Below, piece after piece: positions 1-28,056 of a DNA stretch of 64,000 nucleotides. Position 1 is the first letter of the stretch. The number at the start of each line of letters is the position of its first letter. The position numbers and the translations under genes are program-made. Location: the NCBI GenBank assembly GCA_020137815.1, contig CM035352.1, forward strand, positions 7,626,001 through 7,690,000. Reading direction: 5' to 3'. The notes under the pieces were generated by a model. It was not told the DNA's origin. It made no database searches and was given only the letters and a program-made list of their open reading frames with translations. The stretch is from Hormiphora californensis (Eukaryota > Animalia > Ctenophora).

Positions 1-367
1 AAGAGAAGCTCACGGTAGTCCCGCCTGTTGGTCTGAAGTGATGGGGGCGATTAGAAAAAGGAGGGTATCTTTCGGTCTAGTGATAGGATGTGATTAGAGA
101 TAGGATTTGTACAAACGATATGATATTGATCTTATTCAGTAGCAAGTTGGGGGCGAAACTCTTAGAACGAATGGTTTGAGTGAGAAAGGTACAAAGGGGA
201 GGTTCACCACTTACCTCGTTATTTTCAACACCAATACCAGCAAATCGTTTTCCGATTGTTCCAGTGCTCTCATCGGCAGCTAGGATACCCTTTCCATTGT
301 CCACAATCGCATGAGCGATCTGCCTTAGTTCATCCTGTTGTTCCTTGGTTAGAGCAGCGGGTGCCAT
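1..367 (-). CDS. Fructose-bisphosphate aldolase class I, 5' part (exons 215-367 and 1-32, continues off the window)
   Basis: [48 protein letters not shown]|[10 protein letters not shown]; signature GILAADES; GT-AG intron at 33-214. Confidence 0.95.
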
Positions 368-764
368 GGTAACCTAGTTGAGAGTTAGGGTCATGGTTAC
401 CTTGTTGGGATTTAGAGTCATGGTTAATGGGAGAGACATGGTTACCTAGTTAGATTTAGAGTCATGGTTAACAACCGGGGGGGGGGGGGGGGGGGTCTAG
501 TACAAGGGGGGAAGAGGTGTTTGTCGAGGTAGCTGAAGACAACACAAGCTGAGAAGAGGATGGGAGAACAAGAGGCGGGTTTTTAGTAAAAGGAGCTTTA
601 AAAAAGGTAGGCGTATATTTACAGATCAGGACATTTAAAAAACACTGATAATTTAACACACACCAGTCACTATAAATATATGAGCTATGTCATCTGGACC
701 GTTAATAAATTAAGGGGGTTACCCGTTGTGCGAGAAAGTCTGAACACATCACGAAGGTTAGTCC

Positions 765-2222
765 CTAATTCCCTCCTAGCCTCTCAAACACTTTGGTTTG
801 CCGCTCAAGCAACTCATTATTCCTCTCCAGCAACTCGATTATTTTATCTAATTTCTGGTGGTAAGATGAGGATTGATCTCCCTGACCAGTACAGAATGGA
901 CGAGGGGATGGACGAGGTGATGTTAACTCTTCAATCGCTGGTTTAACCAAACCCCCAATAGACCCAGGTAACTTCAAATCAATTCGGTTCTCTTCCCCTA
1001 CTAGAACACCAATATTTGTGGCTGGCACAACAGCAGACTCCCTTCCTAGTGTATTATCACCTCGGAGAGTATCCAGGGAACTATAGTAGTGCTCATGGGC
1101 GCGGGCGAAGTGGCTTGCCGGGGCAGAGTAAGATCTGTTCATTGGTTCATACTCTATATAAGGCTCTACAACCCTCTCCGTCAGATGAACCTCCCTCTCT
1201 GTGGGCTTGGTGGCTGAAGGGAAGGCTGCTGCGACAGGGTCCTCTTTGTGCTTCCAGTTTAGTGATAACAAGTTGGCATCACGGAACGCAATCCCGCCAC
1301 ATCTGAATCCTGGATCAAGGGATATTTTACAGTGCATCAACAGCTTTTCCTTCTCAACTCTGTAAATGGTGACAGAGCATACATTGAACCCTGATACGGC
1401 CGCTAAGTAGGTTTGTTGGCAGAAGGTTAGATGACAGGGTGATATGAGACCGGTGAGATGAGTCTCTACTAGGGTATGTAGATTATAGTTGATTATCTTT
1501 AGCTGTCCTAGCCCTGAGTTATCTAGAGATGTCCTAGGTAGAACCATGCTGTCCATGTTAACAGGATCCCCTGTGAACAGATCCCGGTCTGCGCTACCAA
1601 GCTGCATTTTACCCTCAAATGTTGTAAGAAACCCAAATTGTGTCAGAGAGAAGGCAAGGGCGGCCAGTCCACTGATGAAGATAACTTCACCATTGCGATA
1701 ACATTTGGTTGATTTACCGTCTGATACCAGAACGGCAATGTGTTTAACCTCTGAGGAGCCCGGGGAGAATTCAGCAGCGATTGCGGTACATTTACTAATA
1801 GGATCTATTGGAGTGACATAACTCCTTTCGCCGGTGCTAAAGTTGTGGATTGTTAGTTTATCCGTCGTCACAGACACCGTATGTCCTGATAACAGGTAGA
1901 AACACCCCAAAACTGGCGTTGGTAAAACGATCTTTTTCTTAACGTCTGCTGGTCGCGATGATCGGAACTCTTGAAGACCGTTTTCTGTGACGACCACCTT
2001 TCGGGAACTCGATAGAATCCAATGACTTACAATCGGGTGAAATGGATTCACAAGAACATCCTCCGAAGAGACATCAAACAATTGACCTTTTGGATTTGCT
2101 TTTATCTGTTGGTGCGAGATGTTGGTTCTATCGTCGATAAGCAGGAAACTGTCCGATTCTTCGTCGTACGATTGTAGGTGATTGTAGTTGGGGGACAATT
2201 TAACGTGCCCTACCAATACCAT
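765..2222 (-). CDS. WD-repeat and coiled-coil containing protein (WDCP-like), single exon, 485 aa
   Basis: Long uninterrupted ORF, beta-strand-rich N-terminal part and C-terminal heptads (KLDKIIELLERNNELLERQ); the segment LTGLISPCHLTF..RCGGIAF..AFPS resembles vertebrate WDCP (from memory). Confidence 0.6.
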   Translation of the reverse strand: MVLVGHVKLSPNYNHLQSYDEESDSFLLIDDRTNISHQQIKANPKGQLFDVSSEDVLVNPFHPIVSHWILSSSRKVVVTENGLQEFRSSRPADVKKKIVLPTPVLGCFYLLSGHTVSVTTDKLTIHNFSTGERSYVTPIDPISKCTAIAAEFSPGSSEVKHIAVLVSDGKSTKCYRNGEVIFISGLAALAFSLTQFGFLTTFEGKMQLGSADRDLFTGDPVNMDSMVLPRTSLDNSGLGQLKIINYNLHTLVETHLTGLISPCHLTFCQQTYLAAVSGFNVCSVTIYRVEKEKLLMHCKISLDPGFRCGGIAFRDANLLSLNWKHKEDPVAAAFPSATKPTEREVHLTERVVEPYIEYEPMNRSYSAPASHFARAHEHYYSSLDTLRGDNTLGRESAVVPATNIGVLVGEENRIDLKLPGSIGGLVKPAIEELTSPRPSPRPFCTGQGDQSSSYHQKLDKIIELLERNNELLERQTKVFERLGGN

Positions 2223-3198
2223 ACTAAACTAGTAATTGAAATATTAAGCGTCCAATAAACAGCAGGTGTCAATGGATATCCGTCGTGCTGACGTCACAAA
2301 AGTTTGCCAAAAATTCTGCAAAAAGTTTTTAGTTTTTACACAGTCGTTTCACTAGCACGCGCCGCTCTGGATGAACTACTGTGTAAAGACTAAACTGTCC
2401 CTCTTGCCACTTGCCACTCGTAAGTCGTAACTCAGTGGCATCAACTGGCGGAGCCTTCCAAAATTTATCTTTCCTGCGAAAAAGGTTTGCTGATTGGCAA
2501 ACGTTGCTGGCGCAGCGCGGGATAAGGCAGCGCTTTTCAAGTTTGCTGAAAAAGTTTGCGATGCGATGGATATATTTATAAAATTAAAGCTTTTGAGCTG
2601 CGCGGCGTTCAATCGCGCGGCGTTAACTTTGGAGAAAATGTTAAGAACTCGCGCATTCCAACGTTTCCTGGTTTAAACATTGTTTCAGAGCATTGGCCTG
2701 CCAGAATTGAAATTGATTGTAAAATTATAACAAGGAGATTTACAGTAAAATGGTTATTCAAAACATTAAGAAATCGCTTTTAAATCAGAACACAGTTACA
2801 CACACGACATTGAGTTGTTTGACAATCATATCGAGACATAAAGACAGTTCATATATCACTGATAATATCACTGATACTGATAGTGATAATATCACTCATT
2901 CTATATTTCTCATTCTGAGCAAGACTAGGAGTTCGTAGTTTTCTTTCTCTGAACGGGGAACCCCAGAGAGCATCAGTTTCTGGGCAGCTAAGGATATTAA
3001 CACGGCATCCCGTTTTTTAAAAACAAAATCTCCCAATATCCCGGACTCAGCTCTAAGGCAGTCTCTAGAGACCTCTGAGAGATCTCTGAATGTCTGATGG
3101 GTTTTTCTGATTCTGATGACTTGTAAAATTCGAAGCTGTAACCAAAATCTTTCTCGATAACTCGCACTTCATCAATCACACTAGTGCTATCTCTCTAA

Positions 3199-10423
<7,225 letters not shown>

Positions 10424-11676
10424 TCAAGTCTGTGATGGGACAATGTTAGAAGGATGGTAGGTGTTATTGTATGTTAGAAGGATGGTAGATGTTATTGTAT
10501 GTTAGAAGGAGAAATCAAATGTGAGTTGGAAGGATAAATTTCAATTTAGATTTGTTAAGATTAAGCAACACAGAAAAGAGTACCCCCTCCCCCCAGAAGG
10601 GTGGTTAAAATAGTTTTTGCTGGCAACTTTAGTTAAATCAGACAAATCTAAAAGGAGCTCAACTGCAGTGTGTTAAGAAGGAACGAGGAAGAGAGAGAGA
10701 GAGAGAAATAGAGAGTGAGGAAGAGAAAGAAGGATAGAGGAAGTGAGAGAGAGAGAGAAAGATTTTGAGATGAGAGAGGAAGAAGGGAATGAATATTGAA
10801 TCAAACACACGAAGTCCGCACCGTTGACCAACGTATATGATATTGGGCCGCCCGCCGCAATACCAATTTTCTCAAAGACCCAATATATCAGACAGCCTAG
10901 AACAGTGTACGAGATTTATGTCAATATCACTACTATATGAGAATTCAAGAAAAGTGGGAGGTCTTAGTGGTGGGGGAGCATATGGGGTGACTCTGAGAGA
11001 AATGGCGAGATTGAGAAAGAGAGAGGTAGAGAGAGAAGAGAGAGAGAGATTAGAAAGAGAGAGGATAGATACTAGATAGGATGGTTTGAGTGGAAGAGAG
11101 AAGGAGAGAGAGAGGAGAGAGAGAGAGGGAGAGACGAGAGAGGAGATAAGCTCTCTCGCGATCTCTCGCGCTCTCCTCTCTCTCTCTCTCTCTCTCCGAA
11201 TCTCTCGCTCTCTCTCTCGCGCGCGCTCTCTGATGAATGGGACCTACTATCTTCTCAAGCCATGGTAGGAAAATGCTAAAAAACCAAAAGACAAAGATTC
11301 ATTTCAACCCTGGTAAACAGGCTCACCACACATCATAGGTGTCGCTAGGTTGAACTGGGTGCGCAGTGAAACTTAGATCACATATATTGGCCACCCTTTA
11401 ACAATTGTGCGAATACATCAGATAGTTAGAGAAAAAGAAAGATAGTCAGAGAAATATATCATAAATTGAATAGAATAAAGAAATCAGTTAAGAATAGACA
11501 GTTGGGTGATTATATTACGAATAGTCGGTAGAAAGCAAAAAGATTCTTCAACCGCTGAGAAAAAGTATCAATTATGCCAAAGAGAATAGCGAAAAGTGTC
11601 AAAGAAAAAGACAACTAAATCTCAAGAGATACTGGGCATCTGTTTCAAACAAAGAAAAGGAGAGAAAGTCGCGAGG

Positions 11677-11773
<97 letters not shown>

Positions 11774-11961
11774 GAGAGAGTTAACAGGCACACATGAGAG
11801 AGAGAGTTTGTTGTTTGGTGATTAATTGGTCTTGTTGAGCCAGCTCTTAAAAGATCTTGTTCATTAATCACGGAGGAGGCAAACAAAACCAAAGCTAAAC
11901 TTAGAATCTGACTTTTCCAAAGATAAGTCTCTGGTTACATGAATAATATCTTCTCTCTCTC

Positions 11962-12012
<51 letters not shown>

Positions 12013-12068
12013 CTCTCTCTCTCTCTCTCCCTCTCTCTCTCTCTTCCTCCCCCCTCTCTCTCTCTCCC
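11677..12068. repeat. (GA)n and (CT)n microsatellite tracts
   Basis: Direct reading; GA tract 11677-11780, CT tract ~11952-12068. Confidence 0.95.
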
Positions 12069-12734
12069 TAAGCCTCGGTGTGTCTACTTAAGCCACTGTA
12101 ACTCAGATTTACAGGGGACATTTAACTGTGACAGTAGGGAGATCTTGTTGTCGTGTCCACTGAGCTAGGAACGATAGATCTGATCTGTACGTGCCACGTC
12201 CATTAGTCTCAGAGAAAATGAAACATAGAAAGTGTACATATGGACCATTATTGTTTAATTACATTCAGAACCTGAAATTTTTTATACCAAATCCAAGTTC
12301 CACTTGGAACATTTAATGTAGGGTATTGGGCAATTTGTTTTGTTCAACAGTCTAACTTGGCAACGTGCAATGGCTGTTATAGAAAATGCTAGAAGGATCA
12401 ACAGTTGATCAACAGTTGGCTACAGTCCCATAATATCCTTGAGAGACATGTCAAGATCAGCTGCTTGTACCCCGTTTTCAACTACTGGAAGTTAACTGCC
12501 CTGAGAGAATCTGTCAAATGAGAGGAAGACATCTGCAGAGAAGCAAATGAATTATATTAACGCAGCTGTGCAGGAGCAGCACCATATTTAATATGTGCAG
12601 CAGATAGAGCTGTATAATACAGCCACCCGAATCCACGTGCTATATCCACACAAACCAACACACACACAAAAGACAATAGAACGGCTGGGGGAGAATGGGA
12701 ACATTCTTAATTCCAGTAGATCACAAACTCAGTC

Positions 12735-20777
<8,043 letters not shown>

Positions 20778-21128
20778 ACAGTCAAGAACTTGATACACTC
20801 GGTAAAAACTGAAAACAGTGCATTGGCCTGACAGGTTAAAACCACATCTTTTTCTGATTGTTTCAAAAGACTGCAGTCGACTGTTTTCCAGGAGCGGTAT
20901 TTTCCCCCTCTCAGCTAGGTTATATGCACTTCCATTAATCTTGAGAGATTGTATTGGAATCACTACGGTCCCTTCTTAATTGGATTAGAAGGGATGCAGC
21001 TATTATTAGATAGAGGTGTGATTCGAATCAGCTGTATTGTGGATAATGACTAGTTATAACTAGGGCGTGGACTGTGTTTCATTTAACTCGTGTGAGGGGC
21101 CAGATGTTCGCTTTTAAACAAGGAGACG

Positions 21129-21134
<6 letters not shown>

Positions 21135-21204
<70 letters not shown>

Positions 21205-21217
21205 GAGAGAGAGAGAG

Positions 21218-21268
<51 letters not shown>

Positions 21269-21308
21269 GAGAGAGAGACAGAGAAAGAGAGAGGGAGAGA
21301 GAGAGCGA

Positions 21309-21398
<90 letters not shown>

Positions 21399-21420
21399 AG
21401 AGCGAGAGAGAGAGAGATAG
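21135..21420. repeat. (GA)n microsatellite, ~285 bp
   Basis: Direct reading; similar tracts at 17083-17180, 22276-22432, 24149-24227, 49885-50000 and 50106-50163. Confidence 0.95.
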
Positions 21421-22283
21421 AGGAACGAAGACGAAGATACAGATAGAGAGGGAGGGAGAGTACAAAGTAGAGAAAGCCAGTTAAAGAAATGGAAATGAAA
21501 AATGAATGGGGGTGTCAAAGAAAGAATGACACAGAGAGAGACATTTTAGCAAGTATACGTAATAAGTAATTTAGAAAATTGCGTTTTGTGCCTTTCCATT
21601 TACTCACTTTTATTTTCACACTACATCTGTGGAAGTGTTTCAATTTGCACACTTATACCACATGTTGCATAGTTTCCACACGCTTCCACACTTCCTGGGT
21701 GGGAATACTAATTCGCTTGTGCTGCTCCATCTGAAAAAAAGAATTAAAAATGTCTTCACAGCTGTTCGTTATGTCGTGTAAATGAGTACATTAACGCACC
21801 AGCTAATTGATATAAAGTGACCTCAACTAATCGATATATGATATTCACCGATATAGTGACATTATAATTGGTCACCCTTTTTATAACTCCAGTAATGCTA
21901 GTTCAACTATATCATCAGTTGTTCATTGATGATATTGAGAGGTCTGGGCGAGAATAAAATTATCATCAGTTTGCATTTGTTACTTTATTTAGGCTTCAGC
22001 AGTCGCCATGTTACTGAAACTCACTTCCGATCGCACAGAAATAAGTGATAGATGTGATTAGATTTTTTTGTTTTTTAGACCAATATCTAAACTCTAAAAG
22101 AGAAGGTTCAATGCTCGATCTCAGATATTGTACCGACTTGTGCGGCACGTCCTCCATGAGGGATATGAAGGCTTGTGCAGCATATACCGTGGGATAATAA
22201 TCTGACGACTGGCACTGCAGTGGCACACATTTTACATCAATTTGCTCTTTCGAAAGTGTTACAGAAAGAGCAGGGGAGAGAGA

Positions 22284-22429
<146 letters not shown>

Positions 22430-23119
22430 AGACAGACAGAGAAGAGAGAAGTAGTGAGACGAAGACATTTCGACATAGAAACACAGACAGAAAAAGCGTG
22501 TCTATTCTTGGTCATATCTTTGCATTGCACATTGTACGTACCATGTTCATCATGATTGCGGTAATTCTGCTAAAAATCTGCTAATTCAACTCTACCGTTC
22601 TTTATCCAGGGGGGACTCGCACGCAGGGTTTGTAGCCAATAAAGTGTCCTCTAAATATTCAACTCAATTAGGTTCTAATGATATCTCTTTACGTAAATCG
22701 ACAACAATCTGCACACCTGCCACAGACGATAACTTTCTCTAATAGAGATTGATCAGATTCTATGACTATCTCTATCTCTCTGTCCTTCTATAACTATCTC
22801 AGATCTCTATCTCTCTGTCCCTCTACTCTCTTCTCTGGTCCTCTCTATCCGCTAATAATGAGGCCCGAAATTTATCTCCTAGCTAGTACATAAAATGGTA
22901 TTCTTTGCACCTTTGACCGCTCATCATCAGTCCAGCAGCTGGCGGAGATAATAGAGTCGCTCATGATTACCCACTTCTCTGGCCACTACAACTCTGGCTA
23001 CTACAACTCTGGCTATTACAACTCTGGCTAGTAGCCACAGTTGTATACAACTCTGGCTACTAGGGGTGCAACTCTGGCTATTACAAAGTCCCGCTTATAG
23101 AAGAAATATAACGCCGTAT

Positions 23120-23750
23120 TACACGTTATTATATCGTTGTCAGGGACGTATCCTTGGGAGAAGGTGTCGGACAGTGAGACGATAGGTGCTGTGATCGACA
23201 GAGTTCTTAAGAGGTTATACCAAGAGATGACTGCAGTAGAGACCATGCAATTAGACGTTCAGTCAGATGTGGTTGGCTTGGAGAGAGGATGTGGTCCCGA
23301 TGGGATTCATGTGTTCAGCTGGCTGTCAGAGTATTGGCTTGACCCATTTTCGTTTCTCGCATAAGAACTGTGGTCAAAGCATTGGCCTGACAGTCAGCTG
23401 GAGAAGCCTGTACGATATGGGGGAGAGAATGGTTGGCTTCATTCTATCCATGAGACCAAAGCAGGACTGATCTCATATTGAATTCTCGCGAGAGATAAAG
23501 ACGGTGAACTGGTGGGATCAGCTTATTTGTCCTGCTAATGGTTGGAAGTGTTTCAACATGGCAATTGAGGTTGGGTCTCGGGGTCAGGTAGCGGACAGCC
23601 TGACTAGATCAGCTTCCAGGCGAGGGTTCAGAGGTAGGGGACCGAGGAAACTGGTGAAGGATACGGGGAGAGATGCTGTTCGCTGTTCCATGTGGAACTA
23701 CTTCCTGTCGGCGAAGAAGGAGTGGGAGTACAGGAAAGTGGAGTAGTTGA
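23120..23750 (+). pseudogene. Decayed fragment of a restriction-like-endonuclease non-LTR retrotransposon (HERO/NeSL/R2-group C-terminus)
   Basis: GWKCFNMAIEVGSRGQVADSL..RKLVKDTGRDAVRCSMW resembles the 'GW..PVEVG(C/S)RG' RLE tail; the frame is broken. Confidence 0.55.
23323..23393 (+). mobile_element. 71-bp form of the micro-element (repeat - 29-bp spacer - repeat) with 8-bp TSD (TCAGCTGG)
   Basis: TCAGCTGG|CTGTCAGAGTATTGGCTTGAC-N29-GTCAAAGCATTGGCCTGACAG|TCAGCTGG. Confidence 0.8.
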
Positions 23751-24144
23751 ATCAGTGGAGCCCAGTCCAAAATTCAATGTTAACCTCATTTATTCATGAA
23801 CCACAATTGCTGAGAAGCTAAATTTAGTACTGAATGATAGATCTAGTTACAAGATGAACTTAAAAGAAGTTTCAGACCTCTACGCCTAAAGGTTGGAAAA
23901 TTATCTGAGGTTAACTTGATCCCCGAAAACTATGTTTTTCTTGAATAGCTCGGGTGGAACGATGTCATGATTCGGTGTTCTGTTGCATACATAGGCGGGG
24001 TCGTTTGGTAGCCAGAGATGCACTCCTAGTAGCCAGAGTTGTGTACAACTGTGGCTACTAGCCAGAGTTGTAGTAGCCAGAGTTGTAGTAGCCAGAGTTG
24101 TAGTGGCCAGAGAAGTGGGTCACCGTCGCTCATAGCTTTTTTCC

Positions 24145-24233
<89 letters not shown>

Positions 24234-24903
24234 CACATGCCTTACGTTACAGCAGTTACTTTTCTTTAATGTGTATAATTACAAAGTGGTAGAGCTTTTA
24301 ATCTTAGGTCGCTCATTTACTAAAACTTTCCCTTTTTTCCCTTTTACATTTCCCCGCAGGCCGCAATCCTCCTTGCTTGTACTGTACTTTCGTGAAATTT
24401 TAGGCCTAATATTACATCTCTCTAACAATTAATGCACTTTATAACTGCACGGGCTTATTAAAACAAAACGCACCGTTTGTTTCCCTCCGTGTATCCATAT
24501 CAACTTTTTGTTATTTGACTTTATTATTCGATTGTAATGCCAGCTGCTGCAAGATCATATCTTGTTCACCAATCCTATCACTATATCTCTAATCAGACCT
24601 TCCGCTGAGGATTCCGGTCAATCGGTTTGAGTTTATACAGCCATGTTAAAACAGTTATGCTATTGCGTATCCACTATCCTGTTCTCTGCCCTGTTTCCTG
24701 ATGTAAAATTGTTGGTGAGAAACAATTAGGATCACAATATTGTGACTATTTAGTCCAAGTTTCAAATATGTATCCTAGAATTCTTGCATACACGCCTGTA
24801 AAACATAGGCTATTAGGCTCCAGGAATTTAATTAACAAAAAGTTCTCAAGGACTCTCTCTTATGATTCTAAGATACCTGTTCTTAAACCGCACATTTGCA
24901 TTA

Positions 24904-25527
24904 CTAGTAAGCCCGCTCGCCCTACGGGCGAATGTCGGGGATGGTCAATGGTCATACAGTAAACTAAGCAAATAGTGTAGTATCATTTGAAATGTTTAAA
25001 ATCAGTAAATTTATCAGGTAAATTAACCACAGCGATTCTTTCGACAGAAAAACCACGGGTCCTCTTTTGCCAGGTCCTGAAGTATTTTATGAAGGAGCAC
25101 ATTTGCAAAATACTTTCACGTATTACTGCCATTTCTTATTAGTGCCATTGATACTTTGTTATTACGTGTGTTGACAACATTTTTTGAATAATAATCACCT
25201 CTTTTGTAGGATTCTATCACGTAGTCTATAGGCGTCAGCGCCAGTTTGGGACATATGGCTCCTCCAAACTCGCTGGCGATTGTGTTGAAGTTGAGTAGTC
25301 ATGTTCACGAAACGGGGGTGAACAGATCAAATCGAGCAAACGATCAATCACACAACCGGCAGAGAGATGAATCAAGGATGCACGTGCAGTTTAAGGCTCA
25401 AGCTGGCAGGTTGCCAGGGTCCCTCTAGGGACAACACGTGCAAAAGGCCATTTCCAGGAATTTTGTGCCATATTTGGTAAAAAAACCATCACCCATCATT
25501 TCCCTATTTGCTTTAATAATAGTATGA
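24904..25527 (-). mobile_element. Non-autonomous Helitron
   Basis: Minus strand a|TCATACTATTATTAAAGC...TCGCCCGTAGGGCGA (hairpin) GCGGGCTTACTAG|t; A-T target and no TSD. Confidence 0.75.
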
Positions 25528-26604
25528 TTAGTAGACTATGTATAATGCATCATACGGTTATGGTGACTTTTCTGCAGTAATAGGGGGAAGTGAAAAGTGA
25601 ACCTTAGTTTTCAGTCACAGCCGTTTGGATCACAGACCTCAGGTTCCATGGTCTCAGCTGTTAGGTGAATTGTGCACCATGCCTCAGGGTTAGCTAACTA
25701 ACGAATCCCGTAAATAAGACCAATTTCTTGACTTTAATTATATGCAGCGATCTCTCTATCCTATATTTTTATCCCTCTCTTTCTTTCAAGCATTATCTTT
25801 CACTCTCTTATCTTATTCTCTGAAACTTCCTCCATCTCTCATCCTTTCTCTTTTTTTTCGAAAAAAGAGGAGAGTTGAGTAATACAGAGTGCAAGATGTA
25901 ATCGTCACATTATGATACAACTGTAGCATTTTGCTGGGCTACATTAATTGGCTAGTATATGCCAGCCAGGAGCGTAGATCTTGAACCCTCCTTTTATTTA
26001 CAGAAAAATGATCTTTCAAGAGATTTGGTAGTCTCCATCGATGTCTTTGAGCTTCCAGATCTTCTGAACCCTCCTTTACAATATTTGAGAGAGAGTCGAG
26101 TAAGGAAGGTCTATATAACCGGTCTTTAGATATTTGATGGGACCATCGTATACTACCTCTAGCTAAAACTCCTGTACCCTCCATTTCTCCATACCGAATT
26201 TACTAGCACTGAATCCAGCTCTTAGTCTTATTATCCTGTTTTCTTGTTGTTCTCGAACGTATAATTGCAGCATCGAGCAGTAATCGATTCTTTTCCGGTG
26301 GAGTTAAAAGAGATACAAATAGGTGCAGCACTATAACAACCGCGCTGCTTTAATTGATCCCTAATTGATCCTACTACTACATGCTGCTGCTCTTCTTCCA
26401 GTTGCTGATTCTCCAATGGAGAATCTCCATGCTTTATATCCTTTGCGATGTATCTCAACTGAACTTCACATAGCTAACAGCGATACTTAATATATATTAG
26501 CTGCGTAGGGGAATCCTTCGACGAAGAATCTTCGTATAACGATTTAATTACTCGGTGGTCGTTTAAAACGAGAGGATAAATACTAAGAGGAAGCTAGAGG
26601 ACTG

Positions 26605-26673
26605 CATCAGGCCAATGCTCTGACCGCGGTTCTTTCAAAGAGATGAGAATAGGGTCAGGCCAATGCTCTTTAG
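26605..26673 (-). mobile_element. Second, degenerate 71-bp form of the micro-element
   Basis: TCAGGCCAATGCTCTGAC-N29-GTCAGGCCAATGCTCT; spacer similar to the reverse complement of 23344-23372; no clear TSD. Confidence 0.65.
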
Positions 26674-27078
26674 TCGTTTCCTAGTATTTTGTCTTTTCGT
26701 CCTCTCTCTCTCTAGAATCAGATTTATTTCGAGAGCCTTATAGCCGCAGTGAAGCGGCTAAATTTCATGAATATGTGTGATTCAATATATGCGGGTACCC
26801 GGCCCACACCTTCAATGTATATTGAGACGAGGGCCGAGCTGTAAGAATAGAAAACTGGAGAAATATTATCGACACTCCTTGCTCTTCCAGCAGGGCCTCT
26901 CTCTCTATATAATATTAAATGCCGGGCACGTGATTATTATATTCAGCACCATCCTGTATTGTACATTATATTCTCCCTACGATCTACATCCCTTCTCTCC
27001 CGTGTGTTCCTTGTTGAGTAATGTGTTCCTGTATCCATAAGTGTTCGGACCATGTATATCCATTCTCCAGCAATCTCT

Positions 27079-27225
27079 CTACCCTACTAAAATATAGTTC
27101 GACGCGACGCGACGCGCAATCGATGAACGATCGATAAACGATCGATAAACGATCGATATCGATTGTTTATCGATCGTTCATCGATCGCGCGTCGCGTCGC
27201 GTCGAACTATATTTTAGTAGGGTAG
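27079..27225. repeat. 147-bp CpG-rich foldback (possible TA-TSD MITE)
   Basis: CTACCCTACTAAAATATAGTTCGACGCG...CGCGTCGAACTATATTTTAGTAGGGTAG. Confidence 0.85.
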
Positions 27226-28056
27226 TGGCGCTTGTACCTTGGAGAAACGGCCTTTTTATAGCTTACACAATATTATAATTCGACTTTCACTGAACGAAGA
27301 ACGTTCTTATTTTGTTAGTGCGGTTAAATCTGAACCGATCTGGGCGAACTGGCGCCGCCATACAGCCACTACAAAAAGCCTGCTATTTCCTGCCTCAAAA
27401 TCGTGTCGGTGTTGTATAGAGCCCACAGTAATCCTACTTTTAGGAACGTCAGATGTCCTAACATAGGGCTGATCCAAGGTTCATTAGTTAGAGAGTGAGA
27501 AAAGAATGGAGGAAAGAAAGAAAGAGAGGGAGAGAGATGGAGGGAATACAATGGGACTAGGAAAAAATTAGAGTCAGGAGGGAAATTTTACACCTCACAC
27601 GAATATAATATTCCTCCAGGTTACTTAAGATTTCATAAAGCGAAATATAATATTTCTGTATTGAGCCTCCTAATTTCCTAGTGAACACATCCCCCGCCCG
27701 CCCCCAGTTGTATGATCGGTATTACCACTGTTACAGGAGAGCTAATAGTATACAAATCCACGTACATGATGTGTAGTTGCCATGTGTGTTGTTCTAAACT
27801 TATTCAGAGTTTTCCTTGTCTTGTCTGTGCACCATTTAGGAACAATTCTGACACATTTTGCAGGCTCTCTTTTTCGTCAATATATGTTGTGCATTCTGTT
27901 GTTATGTTCTTTAACCCTCGCACTGGAAGAGGGTCGAGCTAGGCAAGCATTCTGTCCACCTTGCTATTAAGTTACCAATATTATACTCTAGAATCAAGTT
28001 ACCAATTGAATACTCTACTAGGGTGTATGATGTTGTGGCGGTGATAATAGAGAGCC

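Larger units (their letters stand above)
22965..24124. mobile_element. Mutator/Foldback-like non-autonomous element with ~135-bp TIRs and 9-bp TSD
   Basis: GTCGCTCAT at 22956-22964 and 24125-24133; TIRs built from CTACAACTCTGGCTA subrepeats. Confidence 0.85.

Noticed and set aside
23323-23393. Mini-CRISPR (palindromic repeat - 29-nt spacer - repeat)
   Set aside because: The two examples share a related spacer and one has an outer 8-bp TSD, which points to a transposon-derived element
25939-26458. Possible decayed coding fragments (also ~12300-12600, ~14750-15250 and ~48200-48750)
   Set aside because: No recognisable motif or consistent splice structure; cannot be assigned without a search
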